Virus record (IMG/VR): IMGVR_UViG_3300022924_000206 | Strand: one strand, 5' to 3' | Length of the DNA stretch: 20,000 nt | Origin: an uncultured virus (IMG/VR IMGVR_UViG_3300022924_000206) | Lineage: Duplodnaviria; Heunggongvirae; Uroviricota; Caudoviricetes | In this document: in pieces, positions 6,904-15,436 of the stretch | Layout: each line of letters starts with the position of its first letter | How positions within the stretch are numbered: position 1 is the stretch's first letter | The notes under the pieces: model-generated | What the model was told of the DNA's origin: nothing | Database searches by the model: none | The model's input: the letters and a program-made list of their open reading frames with translations, nothing else | Translations under genes and position numbers: made by a program

Positions 6904-9632
6904 TACTTTACCTCAACTCTTAGTGTGAGCTGGACCGGGAGAGTGGTTGTGCTCGCCGCGATTTTTGCCATGTATTTCGATGCTCCCCAGCCGTAAATGG
7001 CTCCACTCTTCGTGATAGCCACCGTATGAGTATCGGAGATACCCACCAAATTCCAAGAGCTTACTGGAGCTTCAAAAAGCTCCGTGGGCTCCATTAGAAT
7101 GGGGGATTCCTCTGGGATTAGTCGTCCACTGTGATTATCTCCCCAGCCGTAGAGTTTCCCGTCAACTACGGCGATGCTGGATTCTCCTCCGGCTGAAATC
7201 GTTGTCGCTGGGCCTGGAAGATCAACTTTGAAAATAGTTCTCGGGGTCATTCCTGCGTTCATGGCGATGGTGTAGTTAGCAGCGAGCTCCCAAACGGCGC
7301 CCTCTTCATCCCGTAGGAGGAAGTGCTTTTCTCCGGCCACGACCTCCACAATCTTTCCCAGGGTGGAGCCCTCGTTGGGCTTGGCCTCCATGAGTTGGAA
7401 GTTATCCGCGTTGCTACCCCACCAGAGCACTCTATTGCTCTCGGTAACAACTACCACGTTGGTTTGAGCCGAGGCAATTTTTACAACCTTCTCGTCCAAC
7501 GGAACCCTAACTGGGCTATCGAGAGTAGTTAGCTTTTCACTGATCGCTCCCATCCAGGAAAGACCCCAGGTCCACACGAAACCATTGGTATCCACCACGT
7601 GGGTGGAAAGTCGGCCGGCCGCGATGTCTGAGAACTTCACAAGAGCCTGACGCTCGGGAGCAAGAATAGCTGCGGAAGGAACTTTACCGGAGCCGCTCAG
7701 GATACTAGGAGCACCCCAGAAGTACAGGTAACCCCCACCGGAGGACAAACCCAAAGCCACGGTGGAGTTAAAACTAATCGCTTTATAGCTTCCCGGAATT
7801 TCAGTCAGTCCGGTTGTGGCGCCTTCTCCGCCTTGCCCAGCGATACCTGCGGCATTGCCACCCCAGGTGAAAGTTTTACCGTCAGAGCGTAAGCCAGCGC
7901 CTGTGGAGGTACCTCCATTGACCGAGGCGAATGATTCATCGCTTATCTTTGTGGGTGATTGCAGCTTCTTCTCGCCGGATTGAAGTCGGTTAGCGTCATC
8001 GTTTTTACCCCAGGTGAAAAGTCCACTAACTGACCCACTAGCAGTCGCCCAGGTGGGACCTGCGTAGACCCCGCTATAGGTGTCTGTTCCGATTCTTACT
8101 AGAGCGTGAGTGTGCGTTTTTTCGTCTAAGCCGAGGCCAGTTTGGCCATTCGTATCGTTACCCCAACCATAAAGAGCTCCGGAGGAATCTACCGCAAAAG
8201 CGTTTTCACTTCCAACGGAGGCGGTGATAAACTTAAGTCCCTTGCCGATGGCGACCGGAGTAAGTGACTCGGGGCCAATGGTGGGCTCCTTGATTACTTC
8301 CGCCACGATTCCACTAGTATCAGTGAATTTGAACGTAGCATCAATAGCATCCGTGATGGTTTTGAGCTCAGCCGTTGTCAAATTTTCTACGGTGAGAGGC
8401 TCCGGGTTAGCCGTTAACCAAGTATCTCTTTTGTCCTGCCAAACCTTGTGAGCAGCATCGTATTGCTCTTGCGCCGTGGGTGGCGGAGGAGTAGGGGTCG
8501 GCGTTGGAGTAGGCGTGGTCGGCGGCACGGTGGGAGGAACCACAACCGGAGGTACCGGCTCAGTGAAATCGCTACGCTTTGGCTCAGGATTGGCGGTGAG
8601 CCAAGTTGTATTTTTCTCTGCCCAGACCAGATGAAGCTCAATGAGCTTTTTAGCAACATCCACGTCGATTAGTCCCTGACGCCGAAGATCATCCTCAGCT
8701 TTGATTGCCGCCTTCTCGTCGGCTACTCTCTTATCTTCGGCGGCCTGTTCTCCACGCCAATCTCGGTTATTCCCTAGAAGTGCATTGTCATTTGAGCCCC
8801 AGGAGAAGAGCTCACCATCGCTGTTGATCGCTAACACAGTGTCCGAATAAAGCGATGCATACACAGAGCGCCAGGAGCCGCCGACCACCACGGAAGGAGT
8901 TTGAGAGGAGCTCTTGTTCCCATTACCGAACTGTCCGGAATCATTGGAGCCCCAGCCCCAGAGTTGCCCGTTACGGTCAATGGCTAGAGCGAAATCGTTG
9001 CCGGAGGCAACCGATGAAAATTTCGTGTCCTGAACTATCCAAGTTGGTAAGGGATTCTCCGTGGAATCACCGGTACCGAGCTGACCGGTTCCGTTGGCGC
9101 CCCAGGAGTAAAGTGCTCCGGAAGTGTCCACAGCTAAAGCGAAATCTGTTCCGACTGCAAGTTTGTCAAAGGAATAAGAAACCGTGAGCTTGTTCGGACG
9201 AAGTTTCGATACTTCACTACCGTCACCGAGGGCTGAAGATTGTGGTGAACCCCACATCCAAATATCCCCGGCAGCATCGAGAGCTATCACATGTTCTCCG
9301 TAAGAGGAGATTTTCTTGATCAGAGGGGGAGTTTCCCCTTCGGCCACCGGAAAAGTCACAGTCACCCAATCCTGTGAATTGACTATGGTGCCATCCCCGA
9401 GCTGACCGAAATTATTGATTCCTTGACTGTAAACCTCACCCTCCGCGGTGAGCACGTAGGAGGCATCGGCGACCGAGATAATTTGAACCGCGTTGAGTGG
9501 TTTCACATCCGTACGGCTAATGGTGGAACCGGCTGAGGAGGAAACAAAGATAAAGGCGGTTAGGCTAACAACCGCGAGCGCACTAATGGTGGTGTGCCAC
9601 CAGCGCCAATTTGGTCGATCAATTGTTGACAT
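6903..9632 (-). CDS. Surface RCC1-repeat (beta-propeller) protein with N-terminal TM/signal and internal Pro/Thr-rich insertion
   Basis: Many RCC1 repeats (e.g. GALYSWGANGTGQLG, GQLWGWGSNDSGQFG, GELFSWGSNDNALLG, GALYGWGNDTNGQTG). The start is probably the ATG at 9632 (AGGAAG SD) rather than the TTG at 9653. Confidence 0.9.
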   Translation of the reverse strand: MSTIDRPNWRWWHTTISALAVVSLTAFIFVSSSAGSTISRTDVKPLNAVQIISVADASYVLTAEGEVYSQGINNFGQLGDGTIVNSQDWVTVTFPVAEGETPPLIKKISSYGEHVIALDAAGDIWMWGSPQSSALGDGSEVSKLRPNKLTVSYSFDKLAVGTDFALAVDTSGALYSWGANGTGQLGTGDSTENPLPTWIVQDTKFSSVASGNDFALAIDRNGQLWGWGSNDSGQFGNGNKSSSQTPSVVVGGSWRSVYASLYSDTVLAINSDGELFSWGSNDNALLGNNRDWRGEQAAEDKRVADEKAAIKAEDDLRRQGLIDVDVAKKLIELHLVWAEKNTTWLTANPEPKRSDFTEPVPPVVVPPTVPPTTPTPTPTPTPPPPTAQEQYDAAHKVWQDKRDTWLTANPEPLTVENLTTAELKTITDAIDATFKFTDTSGIVAEVIKEPTIGPESLTPVAIGKGLKFITASVGSENAFAVDSSGALYGWGNDTNGQTGLGLDEKTHTHALVRIGTDTYSGVYAGPTWATASGSVSGLFTWGKNDDANRLQSGEKKLQSPTKISDESFASVNGGTSTGAGLRSDGKTFTWGGNAAGIAGQGGEGATTGLTEIPGSYKAISFNSTVALGLSSGGGYLYFWGAPSILSGSGKVPSAAILAPERQALVKFSDIAAGRLSTHVVDTNGFVWTWGLSWMGAISEKLTTLDSPVRVPLDEKVVKIASAQTNVVVVTESNRVLWWGSNADNFQLMEAKPNEGSTLGKIVEVVAGEKHFLLRDEEGAVWELAANYTIAMNAGMTPRTIFKVDLPGPATTISAGGESSIAVVDGKLYGWGDNHSGRLIPEESPILMEPTELFEAPVSSWNLVGISDTHTVAITKSGAIYGWGASKYMAKIAASTTTLPVQLTLRVEVK
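8397..8606 (-). repeat. Intragenic peptide repeat TWLTANPEP x2 flanking a (PT)n / Pro-rich linker
   Basis: Identical 9-aa peptide encoded at 8580-8606 and 8397-8423 with synonymous differences. PVPPVVVPPTVPPTTPTPTPTPTPPPPT lies between them. Confidence 0.85.
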
Positions 9633-10365
9633 GAGTTTTTTCTTCCTGCTCAACTGCGGCCGGAGGTGCGGAATCTATTATTTTCATCAATGACTGAGCC
9701 TGAGTTGGGATTTCTTTCTTCATGCGATGCCACCAGCGCTTTTTACTGTAAGTCGGAGGAAGCGGATAACCTTTTTCCTCGAAAAGATCAGAGAGCACCG
9801 TAATCTGGTTCTCTTTGCTGAACGGCTCAAGTTTCTTGAACCATGGATCAGTATCTTTGTCGTTGGATTTGAAACCATAGATACGAAGAGCCACCACCAT
9901 GGCTAAGAATAGGAGACTCAAAAAACCTATGAGAAGAGTAGGAAACGGGGAATCGGAAATCTTATTGAGCGGATCCCCGAGAAAAGGAACAGAGAGAAGA
10001 TGCTTGTGGGTGATACCACTAAGTTCGTAATTCCACTCATCCGGAGTCTCGAAAGCAGGGGCCTTTAGTGTCACGATTGCTGAGCCATTGTCGGCCTTAT
10101 CCACGTGGATTATCTGGCCCAAGGTGGAACCACCGGCATCGTGAGATCCTACGAGAATAACATCTCCCTCCTTTATGGAGGAGGTCGGAACTTGCTGTGC
10201 GATTTCTAGAGAACCCTTAAAGGCTAACGGGGCTGCGGAACCGTCCGAAATAACCGCGAATCTAACGTAACCAAGAGCAGAGGCTAAAGCTAAAACTCCG
10301 AAGAGGATTGAGGAGACAGCGACGATCCAAAAGATCACAGCTGGAAGCTTATTCCGCAATTTCAT
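9619..10365 (-). CDS. SipW/S26 signal peptidase I-like protein, possibly catalytically degenerate
   Basis: TM, then VISDGSAAP (cf. VLSGSMEP), SSIKEGDVI, and VPFLG followed by a second TM: SipW architecture. The expected THR (His general base) position reads TLGQII. Confidence 0.65.
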   Translation of the reverse strand: MKLRNKLPAVIFWIVAVSSILFGVLALASALGYVRFAVISDGSAAPLAFKGSLEIAQQVPTSSIKEGDVILVGSHDAGGSTLGQIIHVDKADNGSAIVTLKAPAFETPDEWNYELSGITHKHLLSVPFLGDPLNKISDSPFPTLLIGFLSLLFLAMVVALRIYGFKSNDKDTDPWFKKLEPFSKENQITVLSDLFEEKGYPLPPTYSKKRWWHRMKKEIPTQAQSLMKIIDSAPPAAVEQEEKTHVNN

Positions 10366-10487
10366 GGAATCCCTATCCTGATCTTAGTAAGTTAAAAGTA
10401 CGCTTTAGTTCCGCGTAATCGAGAGCATATTATCAAGTTTAGTGAGGAAATACCCGATTACTAAATGAATATGCAATGATTCTTAAC

Positions 10488-10997
10488 TCAATAGTGGACC
10501 AGAACTACCCCGAGCGGAGCTGTCAAGAGTTCCGGAATGACTTCAGAGAGCGCTACTCTTGCCAATTCAGCCATCTTTAGAGTAGGTTCATCCAAAATGA
10601 TTGGATCCCCACTACCTCCGTGCGGCTCTTTCCAATCAATCCAGGTCGGGAAATAACGTGAGATTAGGGAAATACCGTAGGTAACCGGTCCGTCTTCATC
10701 ACTCAGTGCCTCGATGCTGAAAGGAGACAATTGCACGGAACCAGAAAACTCTGAGCTATTCACTGTTACATAGCCGCTCTGATCTACGGTGGCGTTAGGG
10801 TCTAAATGAGTCTTCACCAGGTCAAGATGAATCGAGATAAGCTTTGATCCTACCGAATCATCCACATGCTCTATAGCTTCGTAGGCAAGGAAATCCTCTA
10901 GATCATCCCCGTCCAGGCCGTCTAGCGTCCCGGGAATAAGATATTTAATCAGTAGCTCTCGATCCAAGATCAATGCTAGTTCAGTTCCGTAAGCCAT
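10488..10997 (-). CDS. Hypothetical acidic protein
   Basis: 169-aa ORF 1 bp downstream of the ParB-like gene. GAGGA SD lies within the upstream gene end. Confidence 0.75.
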   Translation of the reverse strand: MAYGTELALILDRELLIKYLIPGTLDGLDGDDLEDFLAYEAIEHVDDSVGSKLISIHLDLVKTHLDPNATVDQSGYVTVNSSEFSGSVQLSPFSIEALSDEDGPVTYGISLISRYFPTWIDWKEPHGGSGDPIILDEPTLKMAELARVALSEVIPELLTAPLGVVLVHY

Positions 10998-10998
10998 T

Positions 10999-11568
10999 TT
11001 AAAAATCCTCTGGGTCTTGTAGTTTCACTTTAACAATAAAAGTTACTTTAGGGAATCGCTCGAAAAGTATTTCCCTAAGTCGCTCTTCACAGGCTTCAGC
11101 GATGGTTTCATCCGAAGAGTCGAGATATAGCTCCCAGTGACCGGAGCCTCCGCTTGCTCCACTGCTAGTAAGCCAATGGGAGTCATCGAGCCGCCAAGAT
11201 CTAACGGTGTCAAAGAACTGATCTTCCTGGGCACTCGTGAGCGGCAGCCCCTCCGCAATTTCAAGAAAAGCGATTAGGCTGGAACCGTACTCTACTTCCT
11301 GGTCACTTTTTAGGAGGGTGGGGAGAGAAACAATCCCTTTTCGTAATGCGAGTGCTACCCTATGAGTGCCATCGAGGACAAACTGCTCAGGCTCATCATC
11401 ATAATCCGAAAGAAGGACCGGCTCCCTTATTCCTTCGGTCTGAATAGCCTCGTAGAGGCTCTCCATGTGAGAGGGCTCAGTTTCGTAAAGGTAGTTCACA
11501 GTGTCCTGCCAGGTTCCACCCTCTGGATAGACTGGCCTATAGAGCGCTACTATTTCACTTACGAGCAT
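10999..11568 (-). CDS. ParB/sulfiredoxin N-terminal-domain protein
   Basis: LYEAIQTEGIREPVLL...FVLDGTHRVALA is the ParB/Srx DGxHR motif. No obvious ParB HTH follows. Confidence 0.75.
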   Translation of the reverse strand: MLVSEIVALYRPVYPEGGTWQDTVNYLYETEPSHMESLYEAIQTEGIREPVLLSDYDDEPEQFVLDGTHRVALALRKGIVSLPTLLKSDQEVEYGSSLIAFLEIAEGLPLTSAQEDQFFDTVRSWRLDDSHWLTSSGASGGSGHWELYLDSSDETIAEACEERLREILFERFPKVTFIVKVKLQDPEDF

Positions 11569-11570
11569 GG

Positions 11571-12215
11571 TTACTCTGCGATGAGAGGATCGTTTACGCG
11601 AATCTTCTCGAGGTAAACGTGACGCTGCCAGAAGTCAATTGCTTCGGCCCAGGTCTTGTTGTCATATTCACGATAGGTGCCACCGGCCTGGTGCAGAGCG
11701 TTACGAGCCATGGTGTTCGGGTGCATGGGAACCGACTCGGCGGGCTGAGCCAGCACGGCAACGATCTCCCATTCGGCATCGCTGGAACGTCCGCTGTCAC
11801 GAGCCAGAGTGTCGGCGCGGTAGATCACGATCTTCACAACGGAGGCGGGGATCAGGGTCTCATCCTCGATGACCAGCTTGGAAACCGGAGCTTCCCCCTC
11901 AACTCGAGCCTCCCACTTCAGGCGAATCGAAGCGGCATTGTCATCGGTGATCGGAACAATGTTCGTGAAGAAGTTCTCGGTGGGAACACGAACCAGTCGC
12001 ACATCATCCTCGACGGAGCCGGTGCCGGCCTCGAAATTGTCCAGGTTAGCCTCCACCAGAGCGGTGAGGTCCTTGAGGGTACCGGAGTAGCGACGGTTCT
12101 CATCCGACTTAGCCATTACCTCCTGCAGAAAGTTGCTCACCGCAACCGCTCCAACTCGCACGAATTCGCCGTGGGAGAGTGTCAGTTCGGTTTCTGCGGT
12201 GTAAAAGTCGGTCAT
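11571..12215 (-). CDS. DUF3228-like protein
   Basis: C-terminal WEIVAVLAQ..PMHPNTMARNAL...GG.......AIDFWQRH resembles the DUF3228 motif PMxPxTMxRNAL..GG...YW. Strongly GC3-rich codon usage. Confidence 0.65.
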   Translation of the reverse strand: MTDFYTAETELTLSHGEFVRVGAVAVSNFLQEVMAKSDENRRYSGTLKDLTALVEANLDNFEAGTGSVEDDVRLVRVPTENFFTNIVPITDDNAASIRLKWEARVEGEAPVSKLVIEDETLIPASVVKIVIYRADTLARDSGRSSDAEWEIVAVLAQPAESVPMHPNTMARNALHQAGGTYREYDNKTWAEAIDFWQRHVYLEKIRVNDPLIAE

Positions 12216-12221
12216 AACACC

Positions 12222-12250
12222 ATGGTATCACGAGTTTTTCTATGCCACAA
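12222..12250 (-). promoter_or_regulatory. SigA-like leaderless promoter of the DUF3228-ParB operon
   Basis: TTGTGG-17 nt-TACCAT with extended TGn, 6 nt before ATG 12215, no SD. Confidence 0.6.
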
Positions 12251-12379
12251 CCGAAAATAGTTGTAAAGTTTTGAATATTTGCGATTTAAACACGAGAGAT
12301 GACGTGATATATAACGAAAGTGGATATAATCCATATAAGCCAAGCTATCCAAAATCAGAAAAAGAGGAAATCAAGCCAA

Positions 12380-12997
12380 ATGAGCACTTACCACATCAAT
12401 CCCGAATCAGGCCGCCCCAACGTGTGTCGTGCCGGCGCGGACTGTAAAATCGCCACTAAAAAGGGTCACTTCGCAACCCTAGACGAGGCTAAGCTTTCAC
12501 TCACGGCTGCAGCGGCTAAGAAGGCCGCCCCCAAGGCAAAAGTAGCTGCAAAGGCTCCCGCAAAACCGAAGACTAAGTCGGTTGTAGTCGAGGCAACTCC
12601 GGTGGAAGCTGAGCTCACTGAGGATGACGCTTTTGCTCTTGCTGAAAGTGTAATCGCCTCCACCACGAGTGAGCCGGAGCCCGAAGTTCGTTCAACAGAG
12701 AAGGTTGAAACACCTGAAGCTGACGAGCTTCTTGCTGCCCTAATTCCTGGAGTCTTCGAAGAGAAGAAGCCGGAAGCCGCTCCCGCAAAGCAGGCTCCTC
12801 ACGAGGCCGTTATCGACTTTGTCGAAGAGAAGTTCGAAATCGTCAAGGACAAGACCGTGGCAGCTGCTACGAGTCCTGTGGTTACTAAGACCATCGAGAA
12901 TGTCAAGAAGGACGCCGCGGTTGCTTTCAAGACCGTTTCCACCTGGGGCAAGGATTCCTTCAGCAAGTTGAAGAGTTCTCTTCAGAAGAAAGACTAA
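12380..12997 (+). CDS. Hypothetical protein: N-terminal H-C-C-H module, Ala/Lys-rich then acidic low-complexity region, amphipathic C-terminal helix
   Basis: ATG 12380 after GAGGA SD is preferred over the GTG at 12320 because it places the shared module (YHINPESGRPNVCRAGADC...HFATLDEAK) at the N-terminus. Confidence 0.8.
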   Translation: MSTYHINPESGRPNVCRAGADCKIATKKGHFATLDEAKLSLTAAAAKKAAPKAKVAAKAPAKPKTKSVVVEATPVEAELTEDDAFALAESVIASTTSEPEPEVRSTEKVETPEADELLAALIPGVFEEKKPEAAPAKQAPHEAVIDFVEEKFEIVKDKTVAAATSPVVTKTIENVKKDAAVAFKTVSTWGKDSFSKLKSSLQKKD

Positions 12998-13008
12998 GCT
13001 CTAAAGCA

Positions 13009-13050
13009 AGAAGAAGGCCCACAACCAAATAAGGTTGTGGGCCTTCTTCT
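13009..13050. terminator. Bidirectional intrinsic terminator
   Basis: Perfect 18-bp inverted repeat AGAAGAAGGCCCACAACC / GGTTGTGGGCCTTCTTCT with a 6-nt loop, between convergent genes. Confidence 0.85.
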
Positions 13051-13059
13051 ATGAGCGAA

Positions 13060-13794
13060 TTAGGAGAGCTTCTTCATGGATTTGACAAAATCACCCAGCT
13101 CACCGAGTACCTCATGGGTGAAACTGAATAGTTCCGGAACCGCGTCTCTAGAAAGCCAAAGCCGTGGTTGCAGAGTCATGTGCATGGCAAAATCGGGGAG
13201 TTGGTTAATCGGGCCTACATCGAGAGATGTTCCCATGGTTATGAACAGTTCAGAGCCATATACTTCACCGGTGGCCTCAGGAATACCTTTAACTTGATCC
13301 CCAAAAAGGACAACGGTTGGTTTCAAAGGCTTGTTACATTTTACACAGCGAGGTAGAGCAAATTCAGCGATTGCTTCCATTGTTTCTGTATGTCCGCAGC
13401 GAGGACATTTAGCTTTAGTCAAATTTCCATGGACCTCGATAACACGGGTGCTCCCGGCGGCTTGATGTAAACCATCCACGTTCTGAGTGATGACGGTTAC
13501 TAGCCTATCCTTATTCTCTAAGGAGGCAATCCATTCATGGACACCATTCGGTTTCGCGTCAAACTTGCTTGAGAAAACGGCTCTGTAGACCTCCCAGAAT
13601 CTTTTCGGATCCTGGTGGAAATACTTGACAGATATTAGTTCAGTACGAGGGCGCTCGTAGGGCCAAATCTCGTCATTGGTTTTGAAATCAGGAATACCAG
13701 AATCCGTCGAAACACCGGCACCGGTCAGAATCGTAACACTTTTAGCGCTGGAAATTAGCTCCGCTATGGCTTTGAGCTCTTTAGCTTTGGTCAT
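13060..13794 (-). CDS. Sir2-family NAD-dependent protein deacylase (CobB-like sirtuin)
   Basis: GAGVSTDSGIPDF, ITQNVDGLHQAAG, EVHG, Zn-ribbon CPRC...CVKC, KPTVVLFG and GTSL motifs are all present. Confidence 0.95.
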   Translation of the reverse strand: MTKAKELKAIAELISSAKSVTILTGAGVSTDSGIPDFKTNDEIWPYERPRTELISVKYFHQDPKRFWEVYRAVFSSKFDAKPNGVHEWIASLENKDRLVTVITQNVDGLHQAAGSTRVIEVHGNLTKAKCPRCGHTETMEAIAEFALPRCVKCNKPLKPTVVLFGDQVKGIPEATGEVYGSELFITMGTSLDVGPINQLPDFAMHMTLQPRLWLSRDAVPELFSFTHEVLGELGDFVKSMKKLS

Positions 13795-13863
13795 GGTTGT
13801 TCATACTTCCTAATTCAATGGAGACTTTTATCATCTATTTTCAAGGTATTTAGAAAGTCACAC

Positions 13864-14952
13864 ATGACTAAGTATCACCTGAATCCGACCACCGGGGATC
13901 CGGGGCTTTGTAAAGCCGTAAATGGAAGGTGTCCTTTCGGGACCGATGAAGAGCACTTCTCCTCAAAAGAGGAGGCAAGAGCCGGTTATGAGCTACTTCA
14001 GTCTGTTTTTACTAAGCCGGTTGAGCATTCAAAGGCAACATTAATAGCCTTGAAATCTGATCTAGATTGGAAAGGTAAAGTTCCTGGGTGGCTCAAAAAA
14101 CGAGCTAAAGAACAAGAAAAAACCTTTGGCACAACACCAAAAATTTTAGATGTAATTCCCTCTAAAATGGGCCCGCTGATGGTTATATGGGAGCAAGATT
14201 CCATGAATCCCATAGATATCCATATACAGAAAGAGAGAGGTGACGAGATGAACAGAGTCACTTTCAACTTACAATCCGATGGAAAAGAAGTTGGTTATCT
14301 CAAAATGGGCTATTCGGATGAACGCTCGATAGCTCGCTCTTTTGGTAGCGATTACTGGCGACCTTTTGCTTGGGCGGAGGATCGAAAAGGGAGTGATTTT
14401 GGATTCACTAACTATGTAAAAAATAGTAAAAATCCTTTAGCTAAAGAAACCCCTCTTCGTCAGGAGCTTTCGGAAGAGAAGCGCTTAGCGGCAAAGAAAG
14501 CAGTGTGGGCTAGAACACATATTGCTCTAGGAAAAACCCCGCCTAGTTTCGACATGAATCGCATAGGCTATGCGCCGTTAGTGAACCTCAAATCCGACCA
14601 TGCCCCTGAAGACGAAGCTATACTAGATAAAGAAATTGATCTACTCAGAGATGAGCTAAAAGAAGAAATGGACAGGAATCACGCCTGGACAGCTACGCCT
14701 TATATTGATTACATCAAAGTCGATGATGAACTTCGAGGCCAGGGAATGGGACACTCCCTTTATGTTTTCGGCTCTCGAATGCAAGCAAAAGAGGGTAGGT
14801 CTCTTCGGGCTTCCGGCGCTCAGACCGATGAAGCTAAAAAGTCATGGCAACGCATGTTGAAAAGCGGGCTTCCAGTAAAAACTGTCACCTACAAAGAGAA
14901 CATGACTAAAAATAGTAAGCTTAAAAAAGGTTTTGAACTTGATTTCAGGTGA
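13864..14952 (+). CDS. H-C-C-H-module protein with C-terminal GNAT acetyltransferase-like domain
   Basis: N-terminus YHLNPTTGDPGLCKAVNGRCPFG...HFSSKEEAR. C-terminal IDYIKVDDELRGQGMGHSLY (acetyl-CoA-binding motif A, RxxGxG) followed by SGAQTDEAKKSW. Confidence 0.75.
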   Translation: MTKYHLNPTTGDPGLCKAVNGRCPFGTDEEHFSSKEEARAGYELLQSVFTKPVEHSKATLIALKSDLDWKGKVPGWLKKRAKEQEKTFGTTPKILDVIPSKMGPLMVIWEQDSMNPIDIHIQKERGDEMNRVTFNLQSDGKEVGYLKMGYSDERSIARSFGSDYWRPFAWAEDRKGSDFGFTNYVKNSKNPLAKETPLRQELSEEKRLAAKKAVWARTHIALGKTPPSFDMNRIGYAPLVNLKSDHAPEDEAILDKEIDLLRDELKEEMDRNHAWTATPYIDYIKVDDELRGQGMGHSLYVFGSRMQAKEGRSLRASGAQTDEAKKSWQRMLKSGLPVKTVTYKENMTKNSKLKKGFELDFR

Positions 14953-14967
14953 TTAGCCTAGGAAAAC

Positions 14968-15357
14968 TCAGCGCTTACGGAGCTTCTCGAGGAAGGTTCG
15001 CTTTGGTGAGACCAGGCGGTCATACTGTGTATCGAAAATCCGGCGAGCCAGGACCTCTGACTCCTCATAGGAATCACGGTGAGCAGGAAACTTGTTGAAC
15101 TTACGAGCTCGATTCATGAGCCCGAGAATAAACTCGGTGGCGTCTAGCCGGCCGATGGTGTAAATACCATCCAGGACCGTGCCGTCGGCGAAGGTAATCT
15201 TTAGGCGGTACTCCGGCTCATCCAAGGTAAAGCCGACGAGACGCCCGTAGACCACGATTCCACGGCGCTCAACGAAACGGCGAGCGCGCTCCACATCGGA
15301 AAGATACTCCCCCTTGTAATAGCGCATGTGGCTAGTGAATTGCGTGTAGCGAGACAT
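14968..15357 (-). CDS. Hypothetical basic protein, tandem paralog of 15437..15823
   Basis: 129 aa with AGGAAG SD, colinear with its neighbour. Confidence 0.8.
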   Translation of the reverse strand: MSRYTQFTSHMRYYKGEYLSDVERARRFVERRGIVVYGRLVGFTLDEPEYRLKITFADGTVLDGIYTIGRLDATEFILGLMNRARKFNKFPAHRDSYEESEVLARRIFDTQYDRLVSPKRTFLEKLRKR

Positions 15358-15436
15358 TAATTGCTTCCTATGAGTTTTTGAATTTAGCTATTTTAAACAA
15401 GCTACTGGTGAATGTTAGTTTAAATCTCCAAGAGTT

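Noticed and set aside
10999..11568. Partition system (parABS)
   Set aside because: No parA neighbour, no HTH/dimerisation region and no parS-like palindromes noticed.
11619..12260. 213-aa plus-strand ORF
   Set aside because: Antisense shadow of the GC3-rich DUF3228-like gene. No SD or recognisable motif.
12320..12379. Longer GTG start for the 12997-ending gene
   Set aside because: ATG 12380 has an SD and places the shared module at residue 1-40, as in the other two tagged proteins.
13060..13794. Sir2 as an anti-phage NADase (ThsA/DSR type)
   Set aside because: It has the Zn-ribbon, size and motifs of classical deacylase sirtuins, with no defence partner adjacent.
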